Source: Bugula neritina (taxonomy: Eukaryota; Animalia; Bryozoa). Taken from it: DNA of 64,000 nt. Within the stretch, counting starts at the first letter, position 1; each line of letters starts with the position of its first letter. Below are positions 50,901 to 64,000 of this stretch, one piece after another. The notes beneath the pieces were generated by a model, which saw nothing but the letters and a program-made list of their open reading frames with translations, was not told the DNA's origin and made no database searches. The position numbers were made by a program, and so were the translations under genes. The stretch spans positions 26,163,504 through 26,227,503 of the forward strand of contig OZ037765.1 of NCBI GenBank assembly GCA_964035545.1, in the 5' to 3' direction.

Positions 50901-53900
50901 TGTATGCCTTAAGAGCCTCCACTCGAATAGTGGGTTAGTTTTGCTACTCGAGCATTAATAAAGTGTAGGTACTTGTAAACAAAAACAATTGGGATTTTTT
51001 TTCTTTAGCTTCAAAATCAATGCCAAAATGAGTTTTCAAGTTGCTCATAGGCCAAAAAAGTTGTATACTTTATCCAAGAAGTTCACTCATTAAGTTTACA
51101 AAAATAGCTATTACAATCCGTTTTTTACTGATAATTTCATTAATTTTTTGCAACAGTACTGTAGAAAAGACAACTCCCAATGTTAGCTTTTAGATTACTA
51201 CTCTAGTCATCTATCAAATATCAGCATTCTGGTTTGACAAATACAATACCTTATATTTGGCCATGCCAAGTTCACACCTCCCCCGGCTCCTTTACCTACT
51301 CCTGATTTGCCTGGGTCCAAACCACTGAAGATCAAATGCTTTTCTACTTTGCTGCTTCTGAAATGTTTTCAGTAATTTATGTACTTGTACTGATAAGACA
51401 TAAAAGGGTGGGTATATGCATATTTTGGCTGGGATCAGGTTATCTTATTTTGTAGTGGATGTATTGTATTTGTCTAAACTCTAAAAGCTAGTCTGTGACT
51501 TACCATTAACTTTATGCATACACATATTCATGGGAAAATATTTATTTGTCATTATTCCAAAGAATGTTTTGTAAACACTTATTGTACTCTTAAAATCATT
51601 TATATTGACAGCATTTTTTAGTTTCATTCGAAGTGAAATTTAGTTTTAGTGTGATACACAATGCAACACCATACTACTGCAGTCTTATCGTTTTCACTTG
51701 ATTTGCTGTTTTTATTGAGTCTGATGGCAGCAAATAGTTTAAGTGTTCGTACCTGGGGTCACCTGAGAATTCATAAACAAACACAGTGCCATTGACTGGT
51801 TTATTGTATGTTACGAGCAGGTCTTTGATGTTGTCATTGTTGAGGTCAGCATAGAGCAGGTCAAAGGTTGCACCCTCAGTATCATCTATTACTCTTTTAT
51901 TAATCTAAAATAGTGCTGGTAAATTTCATCTCGCAGATCAAAACTGTTTAGCTGTGTTTCCGAAGAATATTTAATTTAACCTTAACCTGTATTAACTCAC
52001 ATTGTCACCTGTCCACTGCTTCTGCTCATCTTTCCTCCACCAAATATCTAGAGACTTGGAAAAGAACCCGGCGGTCATTATTGTCTGCACAGTAGCACCT
52101 CCTTCAGTCAACTCAACTGGTATCAGGAATGTGTCCGGGGAATTACTTCCCTTCTGTAAAATAGTCTCTTTCCATGTTCCTTTCCATGGCTCTTCTCCAG
52201 CTGGTTGTTTAAACCACAGCATTTCTCCGCTTTCATCACCTAAAAAAATCACACATGTCTAGCTGTGTACATGTCGTGTAGTGTTTTAGAGATTCGGCTT
52301 GTAATTGGGTAGCGTTTTTTTGAAAATTTTATATTCAAAGCTGTGACATTACTGCAGATATCTAATTTATCATGCATAATGTTGCAGCAAATGGGAAAGT
52401 TAATATAAAAATGTTTTTAAAGTCATATCTTTTAGTTATTTATCTATACCTAATTATAATTATTATAATAATGAAGCTTATAATTGCAATTGGCCACAAT
52501 TTATGTTACTTACCAAATATTGGTTTCTGTGCTCTGCATGTCACTATGTCATCTCTACCATCTCCGTCCATATCTAGCCATATAGCTCTGTGATAAAACC
52601 ACTCTCCTTCACTGTCACTTGTAACTGTGTACCCTGTGTAAGGTTCCTCATCATTCAGGTCATATATTGTTAGTGCCCCATCTCCTTTAGTTGGCACCAG
52701 GAATCCACTTGGAATGATAATCATGTTCTTTCTGTTGAAGACATGTTCTAGAAAATGCCATGCTCAACATAAAGTGGTGTTCTGGGGTTGCCTGAATGCA
52801 GTAGTTCCAAAGCCTATTAGCACATTGATGGATACAAAAATTATTTGAAGCTTTAAAGAAGTCATATTTTGTTTCAAGTTTCATTTATATCTTCATGATT
52901 TTCAGTCAGATATTATAGTTACTAGGTAATATTTTCATTTAAGTTGTTGACCTAAATTATGTTGTTGGAAGCAAATAGGTTGAGTATTATATTGCATAGT
53001 GAGTGCTCCATGGATGTGTAGCTCAATATTTGACTAGAATTGTCTTACACTGCAAATAGCCTGTGACCTGGTTACTTATTCTGTGTTATCAAAACACTCT
53101 ACTCGTATTGAAAAGCCTCTCTTAAACACAGCTATTCCAGATAAGACCTCTACTCACCTGGGATGCTACCTGGCTCATTGGGCCAGTGTAAAGAGCTGGA
53201 TATGTCCTCAACATGTTTCTCTTGCTCAGAACTGCCAATATCTCTCACTATGCTGATATAGTCTTTAGAGAAAGGGAAACCATTAAACCTCGATATTAGC
53301 AGATTCCACGTTGTTGTGCCTTGAATACTGCTATTGGGCATCAGAGTTACAAAGCTGGGATGTGATGTTGCTATTTGGAAGTGCGTGCCAGGCACATAGT
53401 TAGCTGTGCATGTTGACGCAACTGCTATCAGCAGAGTTGTTGCCTGGTATAGCATCCTGTTCATGCTGCAATGAAATGATTGTGTAAAAAAGCTCTAACT
53501 CCTATCTTTATATAAATAACCAACAGTTAATCATTTTGAGATCTAACATATGCCAGTTTATGTAACTTTTTATCTTTTTTGTTATATAGATTTCAAAACA
53601 TTGTCACATGTCACTCACTGTAGCTGTATAATATCTACACGTATGCAATATGACCTGTACACACTGACTGGATATGCTTCATTATTAGTCGGTCTACACT
53701 AAAAACATGATACATGTGAAAACCATTTTACAGCAGGTGTACTAAGGCAAACCAAATATATTGCTTTAATATTTACTGAAAGCATTGACTCTCTGTCTCT
53801 AGATTTTGAGCTATAACAGATGGTAATGTAGATGAAAGGCAGAGGTGAACATTCTAGCTTAATGCTGATAACCAAGGATTTTTTCAACGTCTAACTAATC

Positions 53901-54677
53901 ATAATCTATTGAGATGCTATTTTAAAAAGTAGTCAAACATGGACAGCTGGATTGTGAACTCCATTTGGTTGATGGAAAAACCCATCATTTTATTTCGCTA
54001 ATAATTTGTTTGTTTCTTATGTTTGATCATTTTTAATTATGAATGAAACAGCTTTTTTGTTAGAAGCCATTTATGTTTGCAGGCGTATTTCCTCTTCAAA
54101 GTAAAGTCTTCAATACTTAGATGATAAATATTAACTTGACACTGTTCTCTAGTTCATGTACTATAAAATAGTCATACAGTTGCCGTTGGTTGGACTAAAT
54201 AATAAAAACAATTCTAACCTTGCTCTAAAGTGAGCTCTAAGGTGTAAACTACTTTTTGAATTTGTCTTCTCATTACTATAGTCCGTAATTTGATTGATTC
54301 TGTGGTGTTAAAATGATACTTTGTATGTCGCAATTAGCCCCAATCTCCATAGAGTGATGTTGCAGTTACACGGAAAAACACACCTAATTTAGTCTTTCTA
54401 TACATAATGCAAGGTTTATGTTTTCAGTTATTTGATACGGACAGCACATTCTTTTATTTTTAGCCCAACTATCTTGGCGTGCCTCTGGGATGTGACAGAT
54501 AAAGACATTGACAGATACACTCAACATATTATCAAAAATGGTCTTTCTTCTGATAAAGATAGACTCAGTCTGTTGGATCTCATCCCCTCTGCTAGGAAAG
54601 CCTGTAAACTTCAGTATCTTGTAGGCTGTGCTTCAGTAGTATATGGCCTCCCAGTTTTACTCTATAATAGCTCATAA
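35948..54677 (+). CDS. ESPL1: Separase (peptidase C50), ~35 coding exons, roughly 1,950 aa
   Basis: A phase-consistent GT-AG exon chain was traced from ATG 35948 to stop 54677. The C-terminal domain has WWEKR, WES..VTRMPS, YILNPDNNL, catalytic GHGSG and LMGCSSG (exon 50049-50213), and LWDVTDKDID...VYGLP (exon 54464-54677). An HPSNCTCEYC Zn-type motif is also present. Confidence 0.93.
39690..39810 (-). mobile_element. Decayed tRNA(Thr-AGT)-derived SINE fragment in a separase intron
   Basis: The minus strand reads ...ACACTAGTTTAGTAAACACAAGGTCAGGGGTTCAAACCCC (TAGTAAAC anticodon arm, B box), followed by a GGTGATGTCAGTGAGGGCATTCGG SINE-body-like sequence. The stems are degenerate, so it is not a functional tRNA. 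Confidence 0.55.
48044..48099 (+). repeat. 24-nt tandem repeat (~2.3 copies) duplicating a separase 3' splice site
   Basis: ataggtgatacacaatgtatgctt / atatgtaatgcacaatgtgtgttt / gtaggtgat. Confidence 0.75.
50399..53464 (-). CDS. Nested antisense gene: secreted FG-GAP/VCBS-like beta-propeller protein, 452 aa, 6 exons
   Basis: Exons 53464-53158, 52747-52514, 52239-52001, 51904-51753, 51357-51250, 50717-50399 total 1359 nt with an open frame. Signal peptide MNRMLYQATTLLIAVASTCTA. DxDxDG-type loops DMDGDGRDDIV, DLNNDNIKDLLV and DIDHDNFTEII. It lies wholly in separase intron 50214-54463. Confidence 0.88.
53474..53514 (-). promoter_or_regulatory. TATA box and Inr-like element of the nested gene
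   Basis: Minus-strand TATATAAA at 53514-53507, with a TCATT Inr-like sequence ~30-35 nt downstream, just before ATG 53464. Confidence 0.5.
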
Positions 54678-55798
54678 ACTCATGTACTCTATAGGTAGTT
54701 GGATGTAGGTTAAAATTACTTTCTCATAGTTTTTCAAGTTTTGTAATTATTAAATTATTTAGTACATCATTTAATTCATTGAGGGGATATTTTCTTTAAT
54801 TACTCAAATGGGGCTATTTTTTTAAAACTAATTGCCGATACAAATGTTATGTTTACTCGAAAACCCATAAAAATTTAATTATTTCTAGTTAATAGTGCAA
54901 TACATAATATTTACAATTTAAACTCAATTTTCAGTTTTGTTTCTGTTACAAATTTCTAGAGCAGGTATACTTTCAACTAAAATGCAAAAAATTCTCTTCA
55001 CACAAAAAACAGATCTAGCAGCATGATGCCAATCATTAAATGAAATTCAAACTAGTCATAATTGCTCCTGTGCCACATCTACACAAGTGCTTAGCCAGTT
55101 CTAACAAAAACCCTTCAATCAGGGGTTTCTCACAGAGATAGTGACTCTAAACTTGCGTGAGTGAGAGTCATTAAATAAAGTTGTTTTGGTAAATATTTAC
55201 AAATCGTTTTTAAATAATTTTGTAATAAACCTGATTCAACTGTTGGTCAGGTATACTGCTCACAAGAAGACAACTCCTTTCTTTATTAAATAGCGTTCCC
55301 CTTTAGGCATTTTTACACAATTCTTTCAGGAGAATGAGAAGACAACACTTCAATGGATATTACATGGCACAGATTTCGAGTTAGTGTTTTAGCAATAATG
55401 TTGCATATGAATGAGGACACAACTTCTTCATAAGCTTTGTTTATGTCGACAGATCACTGATTAACCAGTTTTACCAAGCTGTTATATCTTTACCCTATAT
55501 ACTTCAAAAGCAGCAGATTTAGATGACAGAAAACGATAATTATTTCGATTAGACTATTATACTAACAAAAATATGAAATCACCAAAAACCTCATGTAGCC
55601 TTTGCTATTAGAGTGAAGAAGATTTTATATACATGTATAATAATTAATATAGTTTTGCAAAGTAAATAGATGAAGCATAATATAATCCAGTAATCATATT
55701 GCACAAGTGAAAATTGCTGTAATTGTTTTATTTAGACCAGCTTCAAGTTATAGCACAATTTACAAAATCAGCATAAAATTATGCAATAGGAAAATATA

Positions 55799-56449
55799 TT
55801 ATAGCAATCTGCCAATATATGTAGCCATTTTATATTTGTCAGCTAGATCTGGCCATTGTACAATAAAACTATCAGCAAGCGGATAGAGCAGTTTACCACT
55901 GAGCGATAGGCTAGTCACACGACATATACTTTCTACATAAACAAGCTTTATGTCATGAATAAAAAGTAATTTACAAATGAATGCTGTTAAGCATATTGGA
56001 ATACATGTTCCAGGACCATTACAGAGCAAAACATTAGGTTTTATTTTAAAAACGATAGGCAGTGTATAGACTGCTGCCTTGAGTGTTGTGTAGACTGATG
56101 ACGCATATGATTGGTGAACTTGCCGACTCCGAGGAATCTTGATTATACTATAGTCAGTGTCTTGAAGATGCAACTGAGTGTTCACTATCTTATCTACACT
56201 CAGCTCATCAGTTTCGGCAACAATATAATGTCGGGGTGTGAATTTAGCACCAATGTTTCTCATGAAAACTAACATCTCTTTTGTATGGCCACCAGAACCA
56301 ACTACTGACACAACCTTGACATTGTCTTTAGCTTTGAAATTTTCAGGAAAAAATTTGCCTTTTAATCGTATCTGTCTAATTCCCCAAAGAAGAGCTACTA
56401 ATCTGAGGCACACAAGTAGAATACTAGCAACAATAGCAATCACAATCAT
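55799..56449 (-). CDS. ALG14: UDP-GlcNAc transferase subunit ALG14, intronless CDS
   Basis: N-terminal TM segment, VVGSGGHT.EM, IPRSR.V.QS, LLCNGPGTCIP, YVESICRV.SLSLSGK, F.VQWP. A splice acceptor at ~56485 implies an upstream 5'UTR exon. Confidence 0.95.
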   Translation of the reverse strand: MIVIAIVASILLVCLRLVALLWGIRQIRLKGKFFPENFKAKDNVKVVSVVGSGGHTKEMLVFMRNIGAKFTPRHYIVAETDELSVDKIVNTQLHLQDTDYSIIKIPRSRQVHQSYASSVYTTLKAAVYTLPIVFKIKPNVLLCNGPGTCIPICLTAFICKLLFIHDIKLVYVESICRVTSLSLSGKLLYPLADSFIVQWPDLADKYKMATYIGRLL

Positions 56450-56949
56450 TTTATTAAACTCCTGATCAGGTCATGTAGAAGGGCCTAAACAAAACATAGA
56501 ATCAAACATGTAAAAAATACTATTAGTACACATATTAAATTATTTGCAAAAGCTAAAAACTACATTTTTTAATGCCACTGCATATTATAACAAAAAAACA
56601 ATTTACCACCACCTAGTACGTGCTTGCATAATTACCTTAAAACCTTTTTACACTGTAAAGTAGACTAACTGACTAACTGAGAGAAAGCAAATCAAAACAC
56701 ATCATTATCAAGTCATCAATTTGCCAGCATGTGTAAGCTTAACCCTATCATGACTTTTATGACTTGAGTAACAATTTTATAAACCTTGATTATGTAAAAA
56801 GTAACTAGCTCTGTGTTATGTATATTTAAAATAATTACGTTGGTTTCTGAATAATCAATTATTGCACATAATCACTAAGGCCAAGCATGTTTATATGTAG
56901 TAGTGCCAGTGGTTTAACTAGAAACCATGAAAATCAAAATACACTAAAA

Positions 56950-58000
56950 TTACAATTCAGTTACTTTGAGTGTGGCAATAAACTTAATAACAAATGTTAT
57001 GATTAGTCATTACATAGTGATAGTAATTGTGATAACTGATACTTATAGCTTAATCACAATGGTACGACTACTGGTAGTAAAATGTAATCTAGCAACAATA
57101 GTAATACTAATGCTTTAGTAATACTAATGCTAATAGCAATACAGTAAATAGTAATATTTATACTTGAGTCATATTATTTTACTTTTAGTTAAACTTAATA
57201 GTAAAACAAAAAGGTAGAAATAGAATAAATAATTTCCTTTTAAAAATACTTGCAAATATAATATTAGTTTATTACCTATACTAATACTTATACTTATAGT
57301 TATAACAACTATTACTGCTGTTGCTACTGCTACTACTACTACTACTACTATTAGAAATGCTAATACTAATAGTAATAATAGAAATAGAAGTAATAGTTTT
57401 TTCAGCAAGCCCTGGCGCTAGTACATAAGATTAAGTGTACCTGTACTCAGTCTCAGAGTCAGTATAACTATAAGTATAAGCATTGTGATTGTTTTATTGT
57501 TAATTGACGTACTTCAACTTCAAGCTCAACTTATAGTTATAGTTCAAATTGCAGCACTAGCTTAAACTAAAACTTTTAGTAAAACTAAAAGTAAAACTTA
57601 ACCTCAACCTGAGCATGTACTTGTAGTTGTACTTGTAGATGCATCGGTATGTTATCTGAGTTTAACTTCATGTTGAACTTGAAGTTGATGTTCAACATGA
57701 ACAACTAAAAGAAAATTTATAATTTAATTACTAAATCTAATAAACAATTACTAATTTTAGTAAATTACTATTAGACTTAGTTCACTTAGTATTACTTTTA
57801 CTATTAGTATTAGTATAAGTATTGGCACTACACTTTCACTTTGACTTAGACTTACACTTACAGTTACAGCCACACTCGTTTTTATTCTGATTCTCAATAA
57901 CTTGAAAATTAATTGCACAAAAATAAAATTGAAAATTAAATTACTATTATACCAATACTTCTACTTTTCGCTTCACTGAAAGTAAAACCTTTAGTTTTAC
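56950..58000. repeat. Degenerate 3/6-periodic tract in the ALG14 5'UTR intron
   Basis: agtaatactaat, (act)n, acttatacttatagttat and agttgtacttgt runs. It includes a 12-bp-arm inverted repeat at 57667-57701. Confidence 0.85.
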
Positions 58001-58009
58001 TAAATATTT

Positions 58010-58500
58010 TCTGGTTTATTGGTCGAAATCAATGAACTCAAATAATTATAATATCTTTTCCAGTTCACTGTTCAGTGGTCGAAATGACATGCCAAGTTTT
58101 TCGCCATTTAGTTTGCACGTATTTTAGGGCGGCCACACAACAGCCCTTTAAAGAATTACTGTAGAAAAATTGTACTTATAATGTAGTTGACCCTTTATTG
58201 ACGTTTTCATGCTTATTAGAATGCATGTCATTGGCCAGAACCTTTACCAGCTTACTAGTCCTAAATGCGCAACAAAATTGTTTTGCGAAAACTAAAAATA
58301 ATTGTTCCAATTTTTCTTTGCTTGTTAGAACATTATGAATATATTGCAAAGATTTAAATTAAATTTATATAAAAACATTTAAAACTTTAAAGTAAAAATA
58401 CTGCATAATATTTTTTGTCCAAAAAAAGAAGTGACTTATTACCTCGCGTCATGCCTGTTTGTCGCGTTTCACTCCTTTTCCTCTAACGTGTAGAACGGAG
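58010..58500. promoter_or_regulatory. Bidirectional promoter ALG14 (-) / PABPC (+) with a TCT/TOP-like start
   Basis: CpG-rich segment with TGGTCGAAAT twice (~58020, ~58076), TCGCGT twice, and the pyrimidine run CTCCTTTTCCTCT at 58472-58484. Confidence 0.6.
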
Positions 58501-58615
58501 AAGCCTCGTTTCATTACTACATTAAATATTCTAAAAAAAATTTGAAAAAAAATCTGTATAAAATACCCAAAAAAACTTAGCCCAATAAAAACCATCCTCA
58601 CTCTTCAAATCAAAG
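58472..58615 (+). promoter_or_regulatory. PABPC 5'UTR exon 1: 5'TOP-like tract plus A-rich autoregulatory-type sequence
   Basis: Pyrimidine start, then A8/A8/A7/A5 runs, donor AAG|GTATT at 58615/6, and acceptor at 59519 followed by another A8 run before ATG 59542. Confidence 0.65.
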
Positions 58616-58619
58616 GTAT

Positions 58620-59450
58620 TTGTATGCGATATTGAATTTTATATGTTGCTATTGATATTCATTATAAATATTAAATTTAATATATTTATAATTCATTCAT
58701 GAAATTGAATAATCACTATCACAATGAATGAGTGATTATTCATAATGATATTCTCACTGTGATGTTGATATTCATATTAATATTTGATATTCACATGTGT
58801 TGCTTTTAGTTGTACTTTTTGGTACTTTTAGTTTTATTTCATTTTGACGACAGACATTGTGAGTTTATTTCAATTTGAACAAACCTTAGGCTTAACTAAT
58901 AACTTACTTTCTTAAGCAAGTCGAGCTTCAGGTTCAGCTTAAACATGAAGTAAAACTTTGACTTTTAGTTTTATTTCAAGTTTGAACTTACTTTAAGCTT
59001 AAGTTTGACTTGTTCTAGCGTTGTGGTGTTTTCATTATGATTTGAATTTAATGGTTATACAAATAATATTTTTGTAAAGTAAACAGTTGGTAAAACCCAA
59101 GGCTAAAAAGTTCAAGTTCACTATTGCGTATAGTTATAATTATTAATAATGATACTAATACTTATTAATTCTAATAAACTTGAAGTTTTACATTTACAAC
59201 ATAATGAAAATCATAACGATAAAAGTTAAACTTATCCATTACATTTTGATTTACTAACTTAGACTGCAACTAATAACAGCTAATGCTATTGGCAATTTAA
59301 ATTATAGCGATAGCTCATCGAAATCTCTGATTGCCAAAGATTAAAAATATCACTTTTAGTTGGAGGTTGTTTAAGACTAAGTCAACTTAAATTATTATCA
59401 TAATGATGTACCTACATATCCTCTAGCTTAAATTCTCTTTTAAGATTCTT
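58620..59450. repeat. Degenerate periodic tract in PABPC intron 1
   Basis: atattgatattcatt, acttttagtttt, agtttgaactt and agttcaagttca phased motifs. Confidence 0.65.
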
Positions 59451-59511
59451 CGCACAACTTCAAAACTTGTATTCATTTCTAGTTGACTAGAAAATTAAAA
59501 TTCTATTTTAA

Positions 59512-62848
<3,337 letters not shown>

Positions 62849-63669
62849 AAGTTAATTGGTTGCCTCATAAGGATATCCATTAACAATAAAACCTTAAACT
62901 CATAAAAAAAATAGAAAAATGAAGCTGTAATATTTTGTTTTTGATGGCACTTGTTATCTCTTTTGTGTTGTTGTTAATGTTTATCTGTCATCTCATCGGA
63001 AAATAAATGTTGCATTTAAAAGCTTCATTCTCAGAATTATTTTGCCCCTAGAAACATTAGCTGAATTTTTTTTCACTATATATATATATATTATATCAGC
63101 TGCTAAACTGTGAAAAATGGCTACGAACTAGAGATATTTGTGTTTACTACATTGAGTAAAATGACCCATATCCTAGCTAAACTAAAATTTGCTCTGAAAT
63201 AACCTTTATAATTTGATCAAGTTGCATAACCAATATGCTTTATAGGTTAATAATGTGCATTATCATATAACCATACATTGCAAAAAATTGGCTTGCATTT
63301 TCAACTAAAGTCATAAAATATTTAGTCTAGCTGTTGTGTCTTGATCTGAACTGACAAAAAAGTATATATTTCTGCTCAACCTGGTAAAGTTGCAATTTGT
63401 TCACCTCAAACATGGTATTAATGGGAATATTGTAGAGATTTTGTATCGTTATATATCGGAAGGACAACTCCTCGCTGCTGATTCCCACTATGCATCACAA
63501 CACGATGTCTACATTTGCAGCTGACAACCGTAGCCCCCTGTTCACACATTGCCGCATCGTAAACCATAACAGCACAAACAAAATGGCGCTGCTGTTACAT
63601 TTGATCAAAGGGCGTTCACACATTGACGCAAAGTACAACGCATGTCGTTGAGTTATGACCAATCATGGT

Positions 63670-64000
63670 CACCTTTCACCGCCGTGGTCCTGCGCGGGTG
63701 GCGGGTTTTTGCTTGATACCAAGTTCTACCAGGCATCTCCATCGAACTCGATCTTCAGCATCTGCGCCATCTAGATCGAGCCATCTAAGGTCTGAGTTTA
63801 TTGTATCACACCATCTTTGCTTTGGTCTACCCCTAGGTCGAACTCCCTCAACTGTCATCTCTGACACTCTCCGGATGTCTTCCTCGCTTTCTCTTCTTCT
63901 AACATGTCCATACCACTGCATTCGTCTTTTCCTCATCAGGTCTTTAATTGGCATCACTCTCGCTTCTGCTGTTATTTCCTCATTTGGCTTATGATCCTCT
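63670..64000 (-). mobile_element. 3' end of an RTE-clade non-LTR retrotransposon (continues beyond the window)
   Basis: Frame open from the window edge: DHKPNEEI...RRMQWYGHVRRR...GVRPRGRPKQRWCD...AEDRVRWR, the conserved post-RT C-terminus of RTE ORFs. Confidence 0.85.

Noticed and set aside
35948-54677. U12-type or non-canonical introns in separase and the other genes
   Set aside because: All traced junctions are GT-AG, and no (G/A)TATCCTT donor was seen at an exon end.
63665-63994. 109-aa plus-strand ORF
   Set aside because: Antisense shadow of the RTE retrotransposon ORF.

Overview
AT-rich, intron-rich eukaryotic (invertebrate animal) genomic DNA with compact GT-AG genes. All exon models were assembled by hand from splice sites and phase continuity. 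In order: the 3' end of a single-pass membrane protein gene (+); a divergent tetraspanin (-) head-to-head with an RNF212/Zip3-like RING coiled-coil gene (+); BCL7 (-) head-to-head with TLCD4/TMEM56 (+); a TESK/cdi kinase (+); a ~35-exon separase (ESPL1, +) whose last intron holds a complete antisense 6-exon gene for a secreted FG-GAP/VCBS-type protein; ALG14 with an intronless CDS (-) head-to-head with cytoplasmic PABP (+); and the 3' end of an RTE-type LINE. The most striking unexplained structure is a set of 0.4-1.6 kb degenerate tracts with 3/6-nt periodicity, approximately (A[C/G]T-N[A/T]T)n. They sit just beside each inferred CpG-rich, TATA-less promoter, on both sides of the bidirectional ones, and are not seen beside the two TATA-type promoters. 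One tract contains a perfect 151-bp palindrome and another a hAT MITE. Other points: a CCAAT + CDE/CHR promoter at separase, a TOP plus A-rich leader at PABP, and tandem repeats built into two 3' splice sites. TSS positions are inferred, not measured.
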